A DNA stretch of 64,000 nucleotides from Burkholderiales bacterium (GTDB lineage: Bacteria; Pseudomonadota; Gammaproteobacteria; Burkholderiales; SG8-39): positions 54,406-118,405 of the forward strand of contig DATBLP010000054.1 of assembly GCA_036555245.1 (NCBI GenBank), written 5' to 3'. The notes under the pieces were generated by a model. The model was given only the letters and a program-made list of their open reading frames with translations, had not been told where the DNA came from and searched no databases. Position numbers and translations under genes: made by a program. Each line of letters opens with the position of its first letter. Position 1 is the stretch's first letter. Below are positions 58,605 to 64,000 of this stretch, in pieces.

Positions 58605-58861
58605 TGGCAAGGATTCGAATGTATTCGACCGCCGTTTGCCCGTATTGCGTGCGCGCGGAGATTCTGCTGAAGTCGAAGGGCATTGCCGAGATCGAGAAAA
58701 TCCGCGTTGATCTCGATCCGCGGCGGCGCGAGGAAATGATGCAGAAGACCGGACGTCGCACCGTCCCGCAGATCTACATCGGCGAAATGCACGTGGGGGG
58801 GTTTGACGATCTCGCCGCGCTGGAGCACGCTGGCAGGCTCGATACCTTGCTGGCCGCTTAG
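58604..58861 (+). CDS. grxC: Glutaredoxin 3
   Basis: 'YSTAVCPYCVRAEILL', 'TVPQIYIGEMHVGGFDDL'. ATGA overlap with the rhodanese gene. Confidence 0.92.
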   Translation: MARIRMYSTAVCPYCVRAEILLKSKGIAEIEKIRVDLDPRRREEMMQKTGRRTVPQIYIGEMHVGGFDDLAALEHAGRLDTLLAA

Positions 58862-58886
58862 CCGCCAAATACTTCCCGGAGCCCCG

Positions 58887-59351
58887 ATGAGCGAAACACT
58901 AGAACCGGCGTTCAGCATCGAAAAGATCTATGTCAAGGACCTGTCGCTTGAGGTACCGGGCGGGCCGCATACTTTCATGCAGCCGGAGCAGCCGCAGCTG
59001 GAAATTCAGCTCGAGCAGCAATCGCAACGCGTGAATGACTTCCTGTTCGAAGTGACTCTGGTCATTACCGTAAGCGCGAAGCGCGACTCGAAAACTCTCT
59101 TCCTTGTCGAAGTCTCACAGGCGGCCGTATTCCAGATTCGCAACGTGCCGGAGGCGGAGCTCGCGGCCGTTCTGGGGATCGTGTGTCCCAACGTGCTGTT
59201 TCCGTACGCGCGCGAAACGGTCTCCGACGTCATCAATCGCGCCGGCTTTCCTCCAGTGTTGCTCGCGCCCGTGAATTTCGAGGCGCTGTATCAGCAGCGG
59301 ACCGCGCAGGGAAGTCAGGAGGCCGCGCCTCGCATCGAGGTGGCCCAGTGA
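58887..59351 (+). CDS. secB: Protein-export chaperone SecB
   Basis: 'FSIEKIYVKDLSLEVP', 'CPNVLFPYARETVSDVINRAGFPPVLLAPVNFEALY'. Confidence 0.92.
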   Translation: MSETLEPAFSIEKIYVKDLSLEVPGGPHTFMQPEQPQLEIQLEQQSQRVNDFLFEVTLVITVSAKRDSKTLFLVEVSQAAVFQIRNVPEAELAAVLGIVCPNVLFPYARETVSDVINRAGFPPVLLAPVNFEALYQQRTAQGSQEAAPRIEVAQ

Positions 59352-59785
59352 TGCGCGCCGCTGCGGTATTTCTCCTGCTTGTTCTCGGGGGGCCGGCCGC
59401 GGCGGGCGAGTTTCGCTCGATCGCTGAGAACGGTACGCCCATGTACGACGCGCCTTCGGTTCGCGCGAAGAGGCTGTTCGTCGCCAGCCGTCTCTATCCT
59501 GTCGAGATCGTGATCAACATCGACAACTGGGTCAAGGTGCGCGACCAGGCAGGGGATCTGGCTTGGGTCGAAAAGAAAGCGCTTTCGGAAAAGCGGACAG
59601 TCGTCGCGTCCGTTCCCGTAGCCGACGTGCGGCAGGCGGCGAGTGAACAGGCGGCAATCGTTTTCCGGGTACAGCAAGGAGTGGCGCTGGATGTCGCGGA
59701 AACGCCTTCAAGCGGCTGGATTAAGGTACGTCATGCCGACGGCTTGACCGGCTACGTCAAGATCTCCCAGGTTTGGGGCATCTAG
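59351..59785 (+). CDS. Secreted tandem SH3-like domain protein
   Basis: Signal peptide present. Two bacterial SH3-like repeats ('TPMYDAPS..WVKVRD..G.LAWV' and 'V.QGVALDV..SGWIKVRHADGLTGYV'). Confidence 0.7.
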   Translation: MRAAAVFLLLVLGGPAAAGEFRSIAENGTPMYDAPSVRAKRLFVASRLYPVEIVINIDNWVKVRDQAGDLAWVEKKALSEKRTVVASVPVADVRQAASEQAAIVFRVQQGVALDVAETPSSGWIKVRHADGLTGYVKISQVWGI

Positions 59786-59816
59786 CAACAGTCCGAGCGG
59801 CGCCGCCCGTCTCCGG

Positions 59817-60803
59817 ATGAACATCGCCATCCTCGGCGCGGGAGCTTGGGGCACGGCTCTCGCGATTTCGCTAGCCGCGAGGCACCGCGTCGTTCTTTGG
59901 GCGCGCGACGCCGCGCAGGCTGCCGCAATGTCTTCGGGACGGCGCAATTCCCGCTATCTTCCAGAGGTCCTCCTCCCCGAATCGGTCACGGTCACCGGGG
60001 ATTTCTCCGCCGCGCTCGCCGGACATGACGCAACTTTGATTGCCACGCCGACATCCGAGTTGCGTGAAGTTCTCGGGCGCGTCTTCGCGTCGGGATCGAA
60101 AGGACCCGCAATCTGGGCGTGCAAGGGCTTCGAGCAGGCAAGCGGCAAGCTGCCTCACGAAGTGGCCGCAGAGGTGCTTGGGACGAACGCTGCCTGCGGG
60201 GCACTCTCGGGACCCAGCTTCGCTGTGGAGGTCGCCCAGGCCCTCCCGACGGCATTGACATTCGCGGCGCGAGCGCCAGACTTTGCAAAACGCATGGCGC
60301 GCGAGTTGCATCAGCCTACCCTGCGAGTCTATTTCAGCACCGATCTCGCGGGGGTCGAGATCAGTGGTGCGGTGAAGAACGTCATGGCGATAGCTGCTGG
60401 CATCAGCGATGGCCTTGGCCTCGGCCTCAATGCCCGGGCTGCGCTCATCACTCGCGGCCTCGCGGAGCTCACGCGGCTCGGCGTGGCGTTGGGCGGCAGG
60501 ACCGAGACTTTCATGGGACTGACCGGGGTCGGTGACTTGATCCTCACGTGCACCGGGGATCTCTCCCGCAACCGCCGCGTCGGTCTCATGCTTGCCCGCG
60601 GCGAGCCGCTCGACACGATACTGAGACGCCTCGGTCATGTTGCCGAAGGCGTGTATTCGGCAGCCGCGATAGAGGCGCTGGCAGCGAAAAAGGCGGTCGA
60701 GATGCCCATTACTCGCTCGGTATGCGCAGTCCTGTTTCGCGGAGCTCATCCGCGGGAAGCCGTCCAGCAACTGCTTGCGCGCGATCCCAGAGAAGAGGGC
60801 TGA
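59817..60803 (+). CDS. gpsA: NAD(P)H-dependent glycerol-3-phosphate dehydrogenase
   Basis: 'ILGAGAWGTALA', 'GPSFAVEVA', 'GAVKNVMAIAAG', 'LSRNRRVG'. Confidence 0.93.
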   Translation: MNIAILGAGAWGTALAISLAARHRVVLWARDAAQAAAMSSGRRNSRYLPEVLLPESVTVTGDFSAALAGHDATLIATPTSELREVLGRVFASGSKGPAIWACKGFEQASGKLPHEVAAEVLGTNAACGALSGPSFAVEVAQALPTALTFAARAPDFAKRMARELHQPTLRVYFSTDLAGVEISGAVKNVMAIAAGISDGLGLGLNARAALITRGLAELTRLGVALGGRTETFMGLTGVGDLILTCTGDLSRNRRVGLMLARGEPLDTILRRLGHVAEGVYSAAAIEALAAKKAVEMPITRSVCAVLFRGAHPREAVQQLLARDPREEG

Positions 60804-60826
60804 GCCGAGCTGAATGAAACTCGCGG

Positions 60827-61510
60827 TCAAGGCAGAACGGTGCGCGCCACCACGATATTTTCGACCCTCGCCGCGCCGGCCTCTTTCAGAACGCGCGCGA
60901 GCTCGTTCAAGGTCGCGCCGGTGGTCATCACGTCGTCGACAACTCCGACGACCTTCCCGGAAAGGTCGAGGCGACACGCAAATGCGCCGCGCACGTTTTT
61001 CGCGCGTTCGTCGTAGGGCAGCTCGGTCTGCGGGCGGGTATTCTTCGCGCGCAAAGCACCGCGGGCCTCGACCTGCATTCCTGTGAAACGGGCCAGGCGG
61101 CGCGCGATTTCGAGAGCTTGATTGAACCCACGTGCCCTGAGGCGCCTCGGATGCAGTGGCATTGGCAGGAGGAGATGGGCGCGAGGGAGCTGTTCGGCAG
61201 CAAGGCGGCGCGCAAAACACTGGGCCACGGCGAGCCGGCCGCGGTACTTGAGCGCCTGCACCAGCCTGTCGCACGGAAACTCGTAGCGCCATAGAGCGGT
61301 CGTGCGATCGAAATGCGGGGGACGACCGAGACAGTTTCCGCAAACTGCCGAACCCGGGGTCGGGAGCGCGCACTGCGGGCAACGTTCCGTCAGTCCCGGC
61401 AGCGTTGTCGCGCAGCCGCCGCAAAAGAATTCCCCGTCGGCCTGCGCACCGCAGAGCAGGCAATCCCGGCCTATCCAGGACTCCAGTTCTTGTCCGCGGC
61501 CGCTAGACAT
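60827..61510 (-). CDS. comF: ComF-family protein (phosphoribosyltransferase domain with N-terminal Cys-rich region)
   Basis: 'CLLCG...CGGC...CPQC..P...CGNC' zinc-ribbon-like N-terminus and PRT motif 'VVGVVDDVMTTGATL'. Confidence 0.85.
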   Translation of the reverse strand: MSSGRGQELESWIGRDCLLCGAQADGEFFCGGCATTLPGLTERCPQCALPTPGSAVCGNCLGRPPHFDRTTALWRYEFPCDRLVQALKYRGRLAVAQCFARRLAAEQLPRAHLLLPMPLHPRRLRARGFNQALEIARRLARFTGMQVEARGALRAKNTRPQTELPYDERAKNVRGAFACRLDLSGKVVGVVDDVMTTGATLNELARVLKEAGAARVENIVVARTVLP

Positions 61511-61595
61511 GCTCAGTAGCTTCGATTGACATGTCTGCAGCCCGCCCGCATGATCATGCGATGCCCCTCAACAAGCCATCGCCTGAGGTTTCAGC

Positions 61596-62615
61596 GTGAA
61601 ACCGATCCCTGCGGCGGCCGTGACTTCCAGTAACGGACGACCGCGCGCGGCGGTGCACGCCGACCGCAGTCATTCCGGCGGCAGGCAGCGCTGGGCGCGC
61701 GCCGATGTCGAAGCGCTGTTTGCCATGCCTTTCAACGACCTTGTTCATCGCGCACAAGCGGTTCATCGCCAATACTTCGACGCCAACGCGGTGCAGCTCT
61801 CGACGCTGCTTTCCATCAAGACCGGGGGCTGTCCGGAGGACTGCGCCTACTGTCCGCAGTCCGCGCGATATCAAACCGGCGTCGGCAATACAGCGCTCCT
61901 CCCGCTCGAGGAAGTGCTGGAAGCCGCACAGGCCGCGAAGCGAGGGGGCGCGACGCGATTCTGCATGGGCGCAGCGTGGCGCAGCCCCAAGCAGAGAAAT
62001 CTCGAGCGGGTCGCGCAAATGGTGCGCTCAGTGAAAGCGCTCGGCCTGGAGACTTGCGCGACGCTTGGAATGCTTGGCGAAGGCCAGGCGGAACAGCTCA
62101 AGGCCGCGGGCCTTGACTACTACAACCATAACCTGGACACCGCGCCCGAATTCTACGGCCAGATCGTGACGACGCGCGCCTATCATGACCGGCTCGAAAC
62201 GCTCGAACGCGTGCGCAGGGCGGGAGTCAAGGTGTGCTGCGGGGGCATTGTCGGAATGGGCGAGACCCGCGCGCAGCGCGCTGGACTGATTGCGCAGCTT
62301 GCGGCCCTCGACCCGCACCCCGAGTCGGTGCCCATCAACGATCTCGTGCAGGTGCAGGGTACACCGCTCAACGGCACGCCAAAGATCGACTGGAGCGAAT
62401 TCGTCCGCACCATCGCCTGCGCCCGGATCACCATGCCGGCAAGCTTCGTGCGGCTTTCGGCCGGACGCTCCGAGATGCCCGAAGCCGTGCAGGCGCTGTG
62501 CTTCCTCGCCGGGGCCAATTCGATCTTCTACGGCGACAAGCTTCTCACCACTGGCAACCCCGAGGCCGCGCGCGATCGCGCCCTGCTGGAAAAGCTGGGC
62601 ATGCGCGCGCTCTGA
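61596..62615 (+). CDS. bioB: Biotin synthase
   Basis: Radical-SAM '[13 protein letters not shown]', 'YNHNLDT', '[10 protein letters not shown]'. GTG start gives an N-terminal extension of about 30 aa, so the exact start is uncertain. Confidence 0.93.
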   Translation: MKPIPAAAVTSSNGRPRAAVHADRSHSGGRQRWARADVEALFAMPFNDLVHRAQAVHRQYFDANAVQLSTLLSIKTGGCPEDCAYCPQSARYQTGVGNTALLPLEEVLEAAQAAKRGGATRFCMGAAWRSPKQRNLERVAQMVRSVKALGLETCATLGMLGEGQAEQLKAAGLDYYNHNLDTAPEFYGQIVTTRAYHDRLETLERVRRAGVKVCCGGIVGMGETRAQRAGLIAQLAALDPHPESVPINDLVQVQGTPLNGTPKIDWSEFVRTIACARITMPASFVRLSAGRSEMPEAVQALCFLAGANSIFYGDKLLTTGNPEAARDRALLEKLGMRAL

Positions 62616-62657
62616 GCCTGCCCAAAGGCAACTCGGGACGGTCGTTAGGCTACTCGC

Positions 62658-63554
62658 ATGACTGCAGAGCCGTTCCGCCTGGACTTGCGCCAGGCGCGGC
62701 GCGCGTTCGAACGCGCCGCGCGGGCGAGCCAGGATGCCGCAGTGCTGCAGCGCGAGGTCGAGCATCGGATGCTTGAGCGGCTCGACTACATTCGGGTTCG
62801 GCCGGCGCGGGTGCTCGACGCAGGGTGCGGTGCCGGGCGCGGCTTGGCGCTGCTCGGCAGACGCTTTCCGCATTCCGAACTCCTAGGGGTGGACTACGCA
62901 ATGGCGGCGCTTCGTCTGGCGGCGCGCGCCGATTCGCTCATCGAGCGCTTGCGGCGGCGCCTCGCCGGCGCAGCGCGGTTTCATTTATGCGCAGATTTTC
63001 TCTCGCTGCCGCTCCGTGCGGGGTGTGTGGACATGATCTGGTCGAATCTGGCGCTAGCCTGGGCGGACGATCCGCTCTCGGCAATGCGCGAATTCCACCG
63101 GGTGCTCTCGGCGGGAGGGGTGCTGATGTTCTCCACTTACGGGCCGGATACGCTGAAGGAACTGCGGGATGCGCTTGCGGTGGGCTCCCGTACCCGTCAC
63201 GTGCATTCCTTCATCGATATGCACGACCTCGGCGATATGCTCGTCGCAGGCGGCTTTGCCACGCCGGTGATGGACATGGAAACGATCACGCTGACGTATG
63301 CGGACGTCGCGGCGCTTGCACGAGACCTCAAGGCGTCCGGCCAGACCTGCGCGGCGCGCGATCGCCGCCGCGGTCTGACAGGGCGTGACGCGTGGCGCCG
63401 TTTGCTCGACGCGTATGAGGGCAAGCGAACGCAAGGCAAATTGCCGGCAACGGTCGAGGTTGTGTACGGCCACGCGTGGAAGGGCGAGCCGCGCGTTGCC
63501 GCAGACGGGAGGCACATCGTAAAGATGGAAATGAGAACGAAAATCCGGGGCTAA
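62658..63554 (+). CDS. bioC: Malonyl-[ACP] O-methyltransferase BioC
   Basis: 'VLDAGCGAGRG' SAM motif, 'DMIWSNLALAWADD', 'LSAGGVLMFSTYGPDTLKELR'. It lies directly after bioB. Confidence 0.85.
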   Translation: MTAEPFRLDLRQARRAFERAARASQDAAVLQREVEHRMLERLDYIRVRPARVLDAGCGAGRGLALLGRRFPHSELLGVDYAMAALRLAARADSLIERLRRRLAGAARFHLCADFLSLPLRAGCVDMIWSNLALAWADDPLSAMREFHRVLSAGGVLMFSTYGPDTLKELRDALAVGSRTRHVHSFIDMHDLGDMLVAGGFATPVMDMETITLTYADVAALARDLKASGQTCAARDRRRGLTGRDAWRRLLDAYEGKRTQGKLPATVEVVYGHAWKGEPRVAADGRHIVKMEMRTKIRG

Positions 63555-63832
63555 AGTCCGCGTTCCGGCTTGCCGGGGGATACGATGGTGTGCTAACTTA
63601 GCGCGGTTTTTCACGGGGATCTTTCCGCTTCCTTCCAGAAATCGCCTCGCGGCGCCGCGACGAGTTCAGTGAGGTCGCGGATGTGCCGAGGCCTTCCAGT
63701 CGCGTGCGCGGTCCGCTTCTGCGTTCGCGCGGGATGGGACGCGAAATCGGGAGTCGCCTCGAAGCGAATAGTGCTGCCTGTCGCTCTGCCGCGGCTTGCC
63801 GATTCACCAGCAAGAAAACCAACGAGGACACG

Positions 63833-64000
63833 ATGATAAAGGGGATGGCCAAGAAGATCGGTGTCGGGCTCCTGGCGTATGCCGGAACGGCGCAGGCGGC
63901 TTACCAGTGGAATCTGCCCTCCCCGGTGACCCGCGTCGCCAGCGAGATCTACAATCTGCACCTCATCATGATGGGGATCATCCTGGTGATCTTCATCGGC
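63833..64000 (+). CDS. Cytochrome c oxidase subunit II, N-terminal fragment (3'-truncated by window edge)
   Basis: Hand translation gives MIKGMAKKIGVGLLAYAGTAQAAYQWNLPSPVTRVASEIYNLHLIMMGIILVIFIG. That is a signal sequence, then 'Y..NLP.PVT..A..IY.LH', then the first TM helix typical of CoxB. The frame is open to the window end. Confidence 0.65.
   Translation, partial: MIKGMAKKIGVGLLAYAGTAQAAYQWNLPSPVTRVASEIYNLHLIMMGIILVIFIG

Overview
By eye this is a high-GC proteobacterial chromosomal segment. Several syntenic blocks are typical of Betaproteobacteria-like genomes: rhodanese-grxC-secB-gpsA, envC-ctpA next to gpmA, dapF-DUF484-xerC, metK / SAH riboswitch / ahcY, hslVU, comF/bioBC and lpxL pairs. 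I support about 67 protein-coding genes, tightly packed on both strands. I also call one frameshifted gene, one riboswitch, and a few terminators, operators and promoters. I found no rRNA, tRNA, CRISPR array, IS element, transposase or prophage block. XerC is the only recombinase, and it sits in its housekeeping context. Most of the window is ordinary core metabolism and envelope biogenesis. Seven spots deserve a second look. (1) A Cro/YdaS-like HTH module reads in frame, with no stop codon, into a class-V aminotransferase. (2) A periplasmic redox module combines cytochrome b, a Tat-exported molybdoenzyme, a Met/Lys-rich secreted peptide and a dihaem cytochrome c. It resembles an oxidant-scavenging MsrP/Met-rich-peptide system. 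(3) A putative zinc-sparing and uptake cluster contains a COG0523 GTPase, a DksA with 3 of its 4 zinc-finger cysteines replaced, a small His/Cys protein, a porin and ZnuA/ZnuB. It has no ATPase and no recognisable Zur box. (4) A C7/C6/G8 homopolymer hairpin lies inside dapF. (5) The cobA-type methyltransferase in the sulfite-reduction cluster is frameshifted. (6) An internally duplicated tandem-STAS protein lies upstream of hslVU. (7) An uncharacterised protein shows a possible papain/transglutaminase-like Cys/His signature. All functional calls rest on my recognition of motifs in the supplied translations. No database search or computation was run. Many long ORFs in the six-frame track are antisense or off-frame artefacts of high GC content and were rejected.
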